A stretch of 64,000 nucleotides of DNA from Cyanophora paradoxa CCMP329 (Eukaryota > Plantae > Glaucophyta), in NCBI GenBank assembly GCA_004431415.1, contig QPMI01000079.1, forward strand, positions 1 through 64,000, in the 5' to 3' direction. Position numbers and translations under genes: made by a program. The notes under the pieces were generated by a model. That model was not told the DNA's origin. It searched no databases and saw only the letters and a list, made by a program, of their open reading frames with translations. Positions within the stretch are counted from its first letter, which is position 1, and each line of letters begins with the position of its first letter. Positions 36,534 through 49,542 of the stretch are shown piece after piece.

Positions 36534-37322
36534 CCGCATATGCGCATGCATGATGCGGGGCATTGCGGGCCCATCATGCGGCCGGGCAGCGGCCCTGCCT
36601 GCCAGGCTGCCGAATCAGTGCCGAATCACTGCCGATCCCCGGAAAAGCCGCGGCCGGCCGGGCCGGCGCCGGGCGCCGGCGCGGCGGCGCCGCCCGGGGC
36701 CCGGCCGGCGCCGGCTGCGCAGTGCGCACTGCCGCAGTGCGGCACAGTGCGCAGTCACTGAGTGCGAGGCGCTGCGCCGCGCGCGCCGGGCCGGGCGCCG
36801 CCGGGGCGGCCGCGCGCCGGCCGCCGGCGCCGGCTGGGCCGCCTGGGCGCCGGCCCGGCCCCGGCAGTCGACGTCGGCCCTCCGAGGCTCCGAGCCTCCG
36901 ACTCGCCGAGTCGGCCGTCGGGCCGTCCGGCGTCAATATTTATATAATTACTAATTTACTGCTAAGTTAATGTGTCATCACTGTCATCCACCATGATGCA
37001 CGTGCACGTGCAATGGTGCGAGTGAGTGGGACTGACTCACGTCTGAGTCATCTAGAGCTTTTATTCCGTAGTTCCAGGTACCGCTGGGCGGGGTATTAGC
37101 CTAGTGTACGTAGTAGGTACTTCAGCTACTAGCCTAGTAGGCAGCCTTGCGAAAAGGCTCGCAGGAGTCGCAGCTGCAGCCTGCAGCTACGTATACCGTA
37201 TATGCGTATACGTACTGTACTTTAGCTTGCGAAAAGGCTCGCAGGCTATAGCTGGAGTCGCAGCCTACCTGGTACCTATGGCCTGCCCTCAGTAGTACCG
37301 CCCTACCATATTAATACAGCCC

Positions 37323-37562
37323 TACCATATTAATTACTGGCAATTTACTGCGCTCAAAATCTTTAGAACGCAGTAATTTGGTAGCGCAGTACATTACCCG
37401 GCCCCCTTTGCTAACAAATAATATATTTTCGAGGCCGATGGAACGCAGTAATTTGGTAGCGCAGTAATTATAAAGCGCCTATAGGCTATAGCTATATAGC
37501 TACCGGCACAGAAGTTTAAGAACGCAGTAATTTGTGGCGCAGTAAATAAGTATTACACGGTA
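37323..37562. mobile_element. pogo/Tc1-like MITE (ACTGCG motif variant)
   Basis: tacc...atttactgcgc left and gcgcagtaaat...acggta right; gaacgcagtaatttg repeated at ~37366, 37441, 37520. Confidence 0.6.
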
Positions 37563-38390
37563 GGCAACCGTAGGCTCCGAGCCTCCAGCTCCGACTCTCC
37601 GGCGAGCCTCCGACTCTCCGCCGATCGAGTCTCCGACGACTCTCCGTCGACTCTCCGTCGCATCATGATCATCGTCGCGAGCTCCCGACTCCCGAGCTTG
37701 CAATTGAGTGAGTCGGACTGACTCGTGAACCGTTGAACCCGGTGACCGTACGCGTGACTCGATCCCGGGCCGCCCGGCGACCGCGGGCCCCGGGGCCCGG
37801 GCCCCGGCGGGCCGGCGGCGGCCCGGCGGCGGGCCCGGCCGCGGCGTGAGAATAAATTCGAAGCTCGCGAGTCCGCCGAGTCTCGAATCGCGCCGAAGCT
37901 TCGAATTCAGTGCGAAAAAGAACCTAAATATAAATTTTAAGTTGCGTAGTAGGCTATAGCTACTAGTACTAGGCCACTAGACTCACGAGTCAAAAGCAAT
38001 ATAATTGTCATTATAACTAGACTTTGGGTACGAGTTACTAGTAGCTAGGCTTCAAAAAGCCGACGGACCTGTCTCTCCGGGATTCTTGAAGGACAGAAAG
38101 CTTGCTCAGCGGCTGCAGATCTAAGCGTCGCACTTGTCGGACCGTCGGACCGTCTCGGACGTCGCCGGCTGCTCGGGCATCGCCGCCGCACTCATCAGGC
38201 CAAGCCTTCGAGTGCGCACGCGCGCGCTGCCTAGATCTAGACCCGCCGATCGAAGGCTTCTCCTAGCGCGCGCTTTAACTTGCGCACGCGAACGTACACG
38301 TACGTACATGCGCCTCTAGGAGCAAAAAACACCGGTGGCCGCTGTGGATATCGATGCGCGCTTGCGCTGATCCAGATCGCGCAGATCGCA

Positions 38391-40522
38391 ATGAGATCTA
38401 GAGCTCTTCTTTTCCAGGCGATCGTCCTGGCTTTTCTTGTGGCTGGCTCGGCTGCCGCGAGATGTGCGTACGCGCGCGCTAGCGCTGCGCCCCTAGGCCT
38501 CCGACTTCGTTCCTCTCTGATCTGACGTCCTGTCTCGCCCGCAGGCGCTGATCGTGAGTCCGCTCGCGCGTGACCGCAAACGCATTAGTATTCGAAGAGC
38601 AGCCGCTGATCGTTCGCTGTGTCGCAGCCAACATCGCTGTAACCTCATCCAGCTGCTCTCTGGTCAAGTCGGGCGGCACGTCCACCCTGACTTGCACTGC
38701 CAACGTGAAGTGAGCTCCGTCTGGCTCTCTTCAGATCTTGATCATGATCATGATCCATTCAAGTCGCGTGCACTGATGTCCTGTTGCGCCGCGCAGCTTC
38801 GACGGGGCGGACCAGTACGAGTTCGAGGTCGACATCACGCAGGCGACGAAGCCCACGACCATCTCCGGCGCCGTCGACTCCAGGAGCTCCCCGAGTGCCT
38901 TCAGCCTGACCCGCTCCGCCGACCGCGCGACGCTCACCTTCACGACCTCCACGCTCGAACTCGACTGCAAGGTCGTCACTCTGAAGATCAAGGTGCGGAT
39001 CGCTGCCGCCTCTGTTTTTTATTCTTTGATATTGATGCTGTTTTTGTACTAGGGGTCGCGCACGGGGGCGGGCTGTGGTTTCGGCGCTTTTAAGACGTTC
39101 GGCACCTACGGGGCGGTCTGCTCATGTAAGCTAGAGCATGCATATGATTGTCAAATTATATATAATGAATTCTTGACTATGCGAACGTGCAGGCGAGTCT
39201 TCCCCGTGGAAACGTGCGAGCCTGCAATTGCTGTCTTCGCGCCTAATCCAAAGATCTAGCTATAGAGGTTCCTGATCACAACTGCACTGCATGCGCAGTG
39301 CCTCGGTTCTCGAACTTCGGTGTCAACGACGGCGAGCGCTGCACCAAGACTCCCAACTCCGTTACCTGCGTCGCCAAGATCGACACGTCCGTAGGGATTT
39401 ATATATATACGCTCATGACCACCAATCGGTGTCTTCGGGTTCGCTGATCACGAGCACCTCGCACGTGCACAGCTCTTCTGAGTACGTCAACGCCAATGGC
39501 CTCAAGCTGTCCTTCTGGATCACGGGCACGAGCCAAGGGGCGAGCATCATCGAGTACGTCCGGACTCCGTTCGTCCCTCTCGCCGCCGCAACCACCCCGG
39601 TGGAGTTTGTCAACACGCTCACCAACACCGGTGGCTTCACCTACACGCTCGCAATCCTCGAGCTCGAGTCGTCGACCACGGTCACCGCGATCGAGTACAC
39701 GATCAAGGCTCCCACGGACATGTTCTGCGACGCTATGATCAAGAACTTCGTCATGGTTGGTTGATGCGATTCGATTGAAAATAAAGCATGAGATTCGAGC
39801 GCTCACGATATCGATGTCGACGTCGTGTCTCGCAGGGCGAGAAGAAAACGCTTGCCAGCCAGACGGCGACGGAGCTGACCTGCACCAATGACTGGGAGTT
39901 CGTGAACCCCGTCGTCGGCAAGAAAGTCGGCTGCCCGACCGACGGCGACGGCGGCGCCGGGACCGACACCACCCTCCGCCCGACTTCTCCGGCCCCGCGC
40001 ATGCAGAACATCTTCTACAAGCCCGCGGCCAACCCGCCCGTCAAGGACCTGACCGCCTCGGGCTACCCCGCCGTTGTGTCGTGGGACACCGCAGCTAACC
40101 TCGCGGTTTGTTTCGTTTATTCTTATCTGCATGAACCTGATCATGGACTTATGAATTAAATGCGCGCAGTACACTGTCAACATCGACGCTCCCGTGGCCT
40201 CCGTGGCCGGCATTGACGCGTGCCCCTTCACGACCGACTTTGCCTTCGGGACCCCCGTCACCACCTCGGCCGGCTCCCTGGCCCTGAACTACCTCTGCCC
40301 CGGTGTGACCACGACATATTTCGAACTGCATCTCTCAGTTCGGGATCCAGTTCTAGTAGATCTGACCAATATTTAATCGCCCCCACCCTTGCAGGCTACA
40401 AGTACAAGGTCTCCGTGCTCGCCTGCACCACCGCGACCCCCGCCGTCTGCGCCGAGGAGGCCGCCGTCGAGGAGTTCACCCCTGATGGTGCGCTTAAGCT
40501 TGATATTAATGTTCTTATTGAT

Positions 40523-40611
<89 letters not shown>

Positions 40612-42812
40612 GAGCGGCCATGATGAAACGCTCACACGCGACCTCGCGCCTCCGGCAGTGGTGCCGCCGACCGAGGCGACCTTCAACAGCGCCTTCACGT
40701 TCGGCCAGTTCGCGTACTACCCGATCAGCGAGTCCGGCACGCCGGTGACCGGCACCTACAACCGCCCGACCTACGACGGCGGAGCTCTGATCTCCAAGGT
40801 GCACACCACGCTTATTTAATCTAACAAATGAAAGCGCGCGCATAGCTACCTCTAACGCAATCTATCGTTTCCAATCGCGCAGTACGAGGTGGAGATTGTT
40901 CTCCCCGAGGACCTGGGCGACTGCCCCGTGAGGAACGGCGTCGCGGGCCTCGCGGTCGCCAGCGGCGTCGCCAAGGCCACGTGCCTCAACTCGAACCCGG
41001 CGTGCTCGATGAGCCTCTCCACCAAGCTCTGCCCTGGTTCGCCGTACTAGTAGCTATAGACGTTTTATAATTAACGACTGTGCACGTGTATGCGCATGCC
41101 GGCTGCAGCTTGCGTCCCAATATTAACGTTGCGCGGCAGGTTTCTCCTACACTTTCAAGGTCAAGGCCTGCAACGGGGAGAACGAGGCGACCGCGGATCG
41201 CTGCAGCGAGTTCTCCGCCTCCGGCGCTTCTGAGGCGAGCGCTGTGGTTCCGAGTGCGTCCCGACGAGCCAAAGAAATTTAAATTTTGCGCCCGCCTCGG
41301 CCGTGCTGACTGAAGCGGCGTGTGCAGTCGTGCCGCCCGTCTGCGGCATTCCGCCCCCGTACCCCGCCGTGGCCCCGCAGGGCTTCTCGACGGGTCCCTA
41401 CGGCGGTTCGACGGTGCAGGACCTCGACGCCCTTCAGGCCCTCGAGACGCAGCTCAACAACGTGCTGACGACCGACCCCACCATCGACCTGGACTACCTC
41501 AACAACCTCGGCTTCAAGACCGCCGTCGTGTTCTGGCCCAGCGTCTCCTACAGCGGAGGCCAGGCCCCCTACGGTGCGCTCCCGACTTTGTCCTGCACGT
41601 ATACGTGCACGTGTACTTCTTTCCTTTAATTAACCGGCTCGGCGGGCAGAGTACAACCTGACGCTCAACCGCTACATCAAGGGCATCAACGGCTACGACA
41701 ATACCAAGTACCAGACCTTCGAGGCAAGTCTTGAAAAGATACAGATCTAGATGCAGAAATATAATAATAATTGCGCGGTGTTAACGCTCGCCCCCCGCGC
41801 AGTCCGGCCCCTTCCCCACCCAGGGCCGCTTCTACGCGCCGACCCTCGCGAACAACGTCCAGCCCTCGTGCGCTGTCCCATTTTTCTCGCCGATGGACAG
41901 CTTTTTGAACTGCGTCCCAGGCACTGCTACTCGATGTCGGTCGAGCTGTGCAACTCGGCCGGCTGCTGCATGCCCGGCCACTTCAACGGCCTCGACCTCG
42001 ACCTCGGCACCGTCTCCGGCACCTGGTTCCAGCCCTGTGAGCGCCCTACATCTCTGCATTCTGCATTCTCTCGATGCTCACGCTCCCGTTTCTCTTGCAG
42101 CGCAAACCTACAGCCGGAAGGGCTCGGCTGAGCCGCAGGACCGTCTCACCTGCACGAACCTCAAGCCGTGGAGGGGCCCCGACAGCAGCAAGGCCGTCGG
42201 CGGCGTCGGCGTGAAGATGGCGTGGGTCAACGCCGGTGCCGCCGGCGCCCAGGCCGGCGCCGCGTCCGCCGGCGCCTCCGCCGGTTCCTCTGCCTCCGGA
42301 GTCGCGGGCGTGGCCGCCCCCGCTGCCTCGGCCGGCACCTCCAACACCCTTCTCGCTGTCGCCATCGGTTCGCGCCGTCGCCGTCGCCTTCGCAGCTTTT
42401 TCAACGTTGATCGTGACGCATGCGATGTTCGTGCAGCTGTCCCGGTCGGCGTCGCGGGCCTCGCCATCGGCGCCGTCGCGGCCGCCATGATCATCACCCG
42501 CAAGCAAGTCCGCGTCGCCACCATCGCCGCCACCAGCCGCGCCCAGGTCCGAATTCCCGATCGCTTGCGACTCGCAATCGCAATGCGCAATATAATCATG
42601 CTTCGGAATTCCGGGCACTCATGAGCTTTTTGCAGGCGTTGAACGGCGGCATCAACTCGAGCACGCAGCTTATGCCGCCGGTGTCGCTCACGACCATCAA
42701 CATCCGGCGGCGCTCGGTCAATGCCGGGAGCCCTGCCGAGCAGCCCGTCCCGGAGGTCGAGGAGAGCGCGTCGATCAGTCGCCGCAACTCTCTCACGGCG
42801 CACCGCGTCTAA
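38391..42812 (+). CDS. Type I membrane protein: signal peptide, Thr/Cys-rich beta/FN3-like ectodomain, single TM helix, short cytoplasmic tail
   Basis: MRSRALLFQAIVLAFLVAGSAAA signal; FN3-like motifs (YKYKVSVLAC, YNRPTYDGGALISKYEVEI, YYTFKVKACN, YSMSVELCNSAG); TM LLAVAI|AVPVGVAGLAIGAVAAAMII followed by TRK; stop 42810-42812; about 20 short introns. Confidence 0.8.
40526..40600. repeat. (GT)n microsatellite in an intron
   Basis: About 37 perfect GT units. Confidence 0.98.
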
Positions 42813-43471
42813 GCAGCTCGTCGACCCAGCCGCAGCTGCGGCAATTGCAAGCGCGCCGCACATGCATTAAATTGCAAACCATCTTCGGATCCTGCTCCAG
42901 CTGTACAGCATTGCTTCCAACGATCAATGCCTCTGCAATCATCGAATCACGCAGACCACAGATAGGGCAGCCCTGCCAGGCTGCCCCGTACACGTATACG
43001 TTCGCGCGCACATCTAGAGCTAAGCTACCTTTTCATTATACATATTTCTAGATACGTGATCTTTACCTTCTTCTTAAGGCTTAAGTGCAATTGATCATGA
43101 CTTTTCATCCAGCCTATAACATCTGTACTTGTACGATGTTCCCATTCATAAAACACACCGTAATACGTATACCGGTATATAGCTAATAGTATTAGTAACG
43201 TGCATGCGTGCGCGCAACTGCAATCGCAAGCTGCTTTAGTCTAGATCTTATGCGCGTATTTGTTACTTCAAATTCGTCTTCCGGAATTTCTTCTTTGTGT
43301 TCAAGATCAAGATCAACTGCTCCACGCACGTGGACGTTGACGAAGATGCATATGTTCGCGTGCTAGCGCTAGCGCTGCAGCTGCAGCTGCAGATAGATTT
43401 GTGTACGTGCATATATCTTGCGATTGATTAATTCAACTCTTGTGTGCGATGGCAGTGCCCGAGTGTGTCTT

Positions 43472-46400
43472 CTATGGCCTCGAGGGGTCAGGCTTGGGAA
43501 GGACCTCGGTGGGCACGGCCAGCTGCAGGGCAGCCCCTTCAACTGCTTCATTCACGCAGACCGCTAGAGCCATGATCAAGTTTTGCCGAAGGACCGTCGG
43601 ACCCGGCGCGGCCGCCGCTACCGCTTCTCGCGCTCGCGGTCCGCCCTGGAGGGCTCCCGCAGGAACAGCTTGTCGAGCTTGTGCGTCTGCGCCCCGCCCG
43701 CCGCGACCTCGGATCAAGAGGCGCGCCCCGGGGAGGCTTGGCGGGAGGGGTGGGACCTGGAAGAAGGCGGGGATGTCGGGGACGGGGGCGAGGGGCTTCG
43801 TCTCGATGTCGATGCGGTGCGAGACGCTCGGCTTCCGGTCCCACAGCGACGCCACCTGGCCCCTGGGGGGCGCCCCGTCAGCCGGCCGGCCCCGCATGCG
43901 ACTCGGTTCAGGGCGACTGGCAGAGGGGCAGGGCGGACTCGAGGTAGGAGGAGTAGAAGCGGAGGGAGTGCGGGATCTCGCTCGTCGCCTGCTGCGAGAA
44001 GATCTCCGCCCCCTTCACGCCCTGCGCGGCGGGAGACGGGGACGGTGAGGCGAGGCGGCGCAGCGGGGGGCGGGCGGGGCGGGGCGGGGCGCGCGGCGGC
44101 GGGGCGGCCGGTGACGGATGTGAAGCTGCGGGAGAGGCGGGCGCGGTGCCCGCCCCGCTTCGGGCTCTCCCCCGCGCTCGACTCCCCGTCCGGCGTCTGC
44201 GCCGCGCCGGCCGCCGCCGTCGCAGGGGCCCGGAGGCGAGCAGGGCGGGGCGGGGCGGAGCTGAGCGCGCACCGAGGGCGTCGGGGGCACGGACGAGTCG
44301 GTCGGAGTGGGCGCCAAGCCGCCGGGGGCCGCCCCGGGACCGCCCCCGGCGCCGCCCCCGCTCCCGCTCCCGCTCGCGCCCGCGGGCCGTCGACCTCGAT
44401 GGAGAGGCCGGTGCCGGTGCCGGTGCTGCCCTTGCGGGCGGCGGGGCGGGCCGGCGGCCGGCGCCGTAGCCGTGCGGCGCGAAGTCCGCCTCGTCGTACG
44501 GCGCCGCCTCCGCCTGTGTCCAGCCGGCGCCGTCAGCCCAGGGCGCCCCCGCGGTGAAGGCCGGCTGGCCGGCTGGCTGGGGTGGGGGCGGACCCTGGCC
44601 CAGGAGGCGGGGTCGGGGAGGGACCAGCGCTGCGGCTGCCCGAAGGTGCCCACGAGGGCGCCCTCGAGGCTCCAGAGCGCCACCGTCCCATCCTCTGCCG
44701 CCGTCACCACCAGCCGCTGCGCCTCCAGCAGCTCCACCCTGGCGGGAGCGGGGGGAGGGGCGCGCCGTCAGGGGGAGAGCGAGACATCCGACGCTTCCCC
44801 TCGACGCTTCTCTCGAGTATCCGCCGAGAAGTAAGCCGCGGTCGCTCTCCCTCTCCTCCCCCAGGGGCGCGCGGAGGGGGCGTGCGGGCGGGCGGGCGGA
44901 GCGGGGCCGCACGAGGCGAGGCGGGAGTTGCGCTGGGCGACGAAGTGGTGGAGGGGGGCGACCCGCAGCGTCGCTGGCGGCGCCGCGGCCGCCGAGCGCC
45001 CGGCGTGGTGCTGCGGGGGCGTGTCCCCCGAGATCTCCCACACCTGCCCGGGCCCCCGCGCCGTCAGACCGAGGCCCTCCGGGCAGCTGGGGGCGGGGGG
45101 CGGAGGGGAGAGAGGGGGGGGGGGGGGGGGGGGGGGGCGGGCGGGCGGGGCAGGTACTACGAGATTGAGATTTAGAGAGATTTAGAGCACAGCGTTCGCC
45201 CCGCAGCGGAGAGGATAGGCTTAGCCCTCTGGCCTGGCCGCTCCGGGGAGGGGGGCGGGGGGGGGGGGGGGGGGGGGGGGGGCGAGCCTTGACGGTGCCG
45301 ACGGCGTCGCCGGAGACGAGGAGCGTGTTGGCGGCGTCCGTCGCGAGCGCGATGATGGGCTCGCCCGGCGCGTGGCCCCCGTGCACCTGCCGCCCCCGTC
45401 CGGTCAGCGCCAAAAAAGCTTCTGCTCGATCCCGAAGAAGCGAGCCGGGCTTGGGGCGGAGCGCACGGCGTGGATCTGGGCGCCGGTGAGGGGGCTCCAG
45501 AAGCGGAGGTAACCGTCGACGCCGGCCGTCGCCACCGTACTGTGCCGCCTCCGCAGGCACAGCACCTGTCCCCGCCGCGGGGGCGGCCCGCGTCAGGCCC
45601 AGGGCGGATCCCGCCCGTGCGGGGCCGGCGCGCACCTTCTCGACAGCGAGGGCCTCGCCGGCGGGCAGCGGCGAGGAGGAGGTGGAGGGCACCGGCTGCT
45701 GCGGCATCGTCTGCGCACGCACGCGCGGCTAAGGACGAGGCGGGCGGAGGGGCGGAGGGGCGCTGGCGGGGGGCGGGCCTGGGAGGTGCGGCGGGGGTGG
45801 CGGGACTGTAGGGTGCGGTTGGCCGCGTGGGAGGAGGCGGAGGAGGCGGAGTCGGCGGGGGCGAGCGGCGCGGAGGGCCCCGAGGAGCGCATGCGGCAGC
45901 GGATCGCCCCGCTGTTGATGTTCCACACCGCCACCTGCCCCCGCCCCCGCGCCGCGCGCGCCGCGTCGGGCCCGGCCCGGGGCGGTCCGCGGGGCCGGGG
46001 TGGAGGGCGGACGGTGCCGTCGTAGGAGCAGGTGGCGATGTGGCCGGGGGGGCAGTGCGTGACGCAGAGGATGTCGTCCGTGTGCCTGCCGCGGGGCCGA
46101 CGGACCCCGGTCAGGCGGTCCGGGGCGGGCGAGCGCCGGGCCCGGGGGTCAGAAGGGGACGGTCTCAAGCTCCATGTTTGCACGCGCCCAGCCCAGCGGC
46201 CCCCCGCCCCCGCCCCCGCCCCCGCCCCTGTCCCGTCCCAGCTCTAGCTCTAGCACTAGCTCTCTCAGCTCTAGTTCCACGTTTGCAGGGAATCCAGGCC
46301 TCGCCCCCGGGCGGGGCGGACCCGGTGAAGACGTGGGCGAGGGTGAGGCGCCGGTGCTTGTCCTCCCCGTCGTCCCACAGCAGAACCTGCACGGGCGGGC

Positions 46401-49400
46401 GGGTGAGGGGAGCCGGGCACGCGGGGCGGGGGCGTGGGGCGTGGGGCGGGGGGCGGGCCTTGCGGTTCCAGCCGACGCCGACGATGAAGCGGAAGGGGCC
46501 GTCCGCGAGGTAGATCACGCTGCCCGCCCCCCGTCAGCCCCGCCCGCCGGCCCTGCCCGCTGGGCGGCGGGGGCGGGGGCCCCCTTTTCGAGCTTCTGGC
46601 TCTCAGGGCCGGGCGCACCTGGTGAGCTCGGACTTGTCGGGGGACTCGCCCTCGCGGATCGCCTGCCCGCTCGTGAAGTTCCACACCTGCGCGGCCCCTC
46701 AGCGGCGGCGGCCGAGCGCGGGGGGCGGGCAGGGCGCTGGGGCGGCGGGCGCCCGGGAGTCCAAGGCCCCTCCTTGAGCGCAAGGCTGACCCTTTAGAGT
46801 AGACCTAGAGGGGGGGGGGGGGGGGGGGGGGGGGGCGGGCGGGTGAGGGAGCCGGGCACAGCGGCGGCGGCCGAGCGCGCAGGGCGCTGGGGCGGCGGGC
46901 GCCCGGGAGTCCAAGGCCCCTCCTTGAGCGTAAAGCTGACCCCTTTCAGTAGATCTAGAGGGGCGGGGGCGGGGGCGGGCCTTGACGGTGCCGTCGGAGG
47001 CGCCGGTGATGAGGCGGCGCCCGCCCTGGTCCAGGCACATCGCCGAGATCTTCGCGTTCTGCCCCCGCGCGCCATAAGCGGGGGGGCGCCGCGCCGCGCA
47101 GCGCCGCGCAGCGCCGCGCGGCCGGCGCACGGGGTGGGTCTCCTTGAAGAGGAAGCTCTGCTCCCCCGTCTCCACGTCCCACGTCTGCGCGCGCGCCCCG
47201 GCGCTCAGCAGGCAGGCAGGCAGGCAGCGGAGAAGGGCGGGAGGGCGGGAGGGCGGAAGGGCGGGGCGGGGCGCACGGAGATGGAGGAGGCGTCGGCGGA
47301 GATGACGACGCCGAAGGGCGCGTTGTAGAGGGCGCCCACCAGCGGCTGCGCGCGCGGGGGCCGAGTTCAGTTCAGTTCAGTTCAGTTCAGTTTAGTTTAG
47401 TTTAGTTTAGTTTAGTTTAGTTTAGTTTAGTTTAGTTTAGTTTCAACTCAGCGAGGCTCAGCTGAGCTCAGCTGAGCTCAGCTGAATTTCGGGGGGTTTC
47501 GGGGGGTTTAGGGGGTTCGGGGCGGGCCTCGTGGTGGGAGCGGACGCGGCCGGCGTCGGCGATGGCGGCGAGGCGGCCGAGGGCGGGCCAGACGGTGACG
47601 GTGCGGTGCGCCGAGACGAGCCGCGCGTTCAGGTCGTCGAAGAAGAGCACGCTGCGGGCGGGGGGGGGGCGGTGAGGGCGGCGTGGTCAGCTCGAACCCA
47701 TATCGCTCAGCGGCGAGCTCGAGGAAGCCGATCTAGCCGCTCGTGCAATGGAAGGAAGGCGAGTCGGGGCGGCGAATGCGGACCTGTGGTGGACGCCGCC
47801 CGTGCCGCTGGCCGAGCGCGGGTACCGCCCCGCCGACTGCGGCGAGAAATCAGAGGGCGGCGACAAGGAACGCAGAAGAGAGGGGGCGGGGGGGCGGACC
47901 TCGCCGTCGATGGTCTGGATGCAGTTGCCGGTGCGGATGTCCCACACCTTGACCACCTGAGGGAGGGGAGGGGCTCAGGGGAAGAGGGGGGGGGGGGGGG
48001 GGGGGGGTAGGGCGGACGTCGTCGAGGTCGAGGGAGATGACCTGCGGGGAAGGAAGTCGAGGGGAGTTAGTTGGTTGCTAGTCTGGGGAAGCTAGGGGAA
48101 GGAAGGAGGGAGATGACCTGCGAGTCGCCGTCGTCCACAACCACCTGCCTGCGCGGCGCGTCGGGGGAGGCGGAGGCGGAGGCGGGGCGGGCGGGGAGGG
48201 GGCCGCACCGGATAGGGGCCCCGTGGCCCTGCAGCGTGTACAGGGGCTTCGGCCGCGCCAGCGTCCATATGTTCCTGCGCACGCGCGCGCGCCGCACCAC
48301 GGCGTCGGCGCCAGGAGCGGAGCCGAGCGTGCGGGGGCGGCCGGGGTGGAGTTCAGCTCCTCGCGCACACGAAGCGCTCGATGCCGGCGGTGGCGAGGAG
48401 GTGGTGGCTCGCGCTCCACGCGAAGCTGTGGATCCCCTTCTGCGCGCCCACGGCCCCGCCGCGCCCGGCCCCGCCCCGCCTCAGGCGACCGAGACTCCCC
48501 AGAGAGGGGCGGGGCGGGGCGGGGCGGGGCGGGGGCGGACGCGGTGGCCGTGGAGGGTGACCATCAGCTGCAGCGACCGCTCCGGGTCGCTCACCTGCGC
48601 GCGGGGCGAGCGGGGCGCCTCAGCACTGGGGGGCGGGGCTGGGCGGGCGGGGCGAGCGGGGGCGGGCCCGGAGGGTGCCGTCGAGGGAGGAGGAGAGGAT
48701 GCAGCCGAGGTCCGACGCGTACTGCCCGGGCGCCGCGTCAGGGCGCCGGATCGAGGCCGGCGGGGCGGGGCGGGCGGGGCGGGCGGCGCGCCTGGAGGCC
48801 GGTGACCCAGTCGGAGTGCAGGCGGGCGCGGCAGCGCACTACGTCCTCCGCCTGCCGCCGCGACACCTGCCAAGCCACATCCAGCGAGTGGGCGACGGGG
48901 CTCCAGCGGGGCGGGGTGGGGCGGGGCAGAGGCGGGGGATTTAGGCCTACACCTAGCAGGCGCGGCGGAGGCGCGGAGGCGCGGGCGGGCGGGGGCGGGG
49001 CGGGGCGGAGGGGCGGGGCGCACGCGGTAGGCGTCGAGGAGGGTGACGGCGCCGCGGTCGTCCCCGTACGCGACCACCGGCTCGCCCCGGGGCACGCAGA
49101 AGAGGGCGCACAGGGGGATCGAGTCCAACTCGATGCCCCCCTCGTGCTCGAACGCGTTCTCCTGCGGCCCCGCGGCCCTCAGAAGAAGAAGAAGCGAACA
49201 AAGCAAAGCCTAGCGGAGCAGAGCGAGGCGAGCAGAGCGGGGCGGGCCTTCATGGCGAAGAGGTCGACGCGGCGGTCGATGCCGAAGACGGCGAGCTTGT
49301 CCAGCACGTGGTGCGGCTCCGGCGTCTGCGGGGAGGCGAGGCGCGAGGCGCGGGCGAGGGCGCGAGGTCAGCCCGGGGCCGGGGGCGCGCGCCGCCTCTG

Positions 49401-49500
49401 GAGCCGCCTCCGGAGCGCCCGCCCCGCTAGACGCGTGGGCGGCTCCGGGGCCCCGGCCGGCGCGCTGGACTCGGGCCTCCGGGGCGCGGCCCGTGCGGGA

Positions 49501-49542
<42 letters not shown>

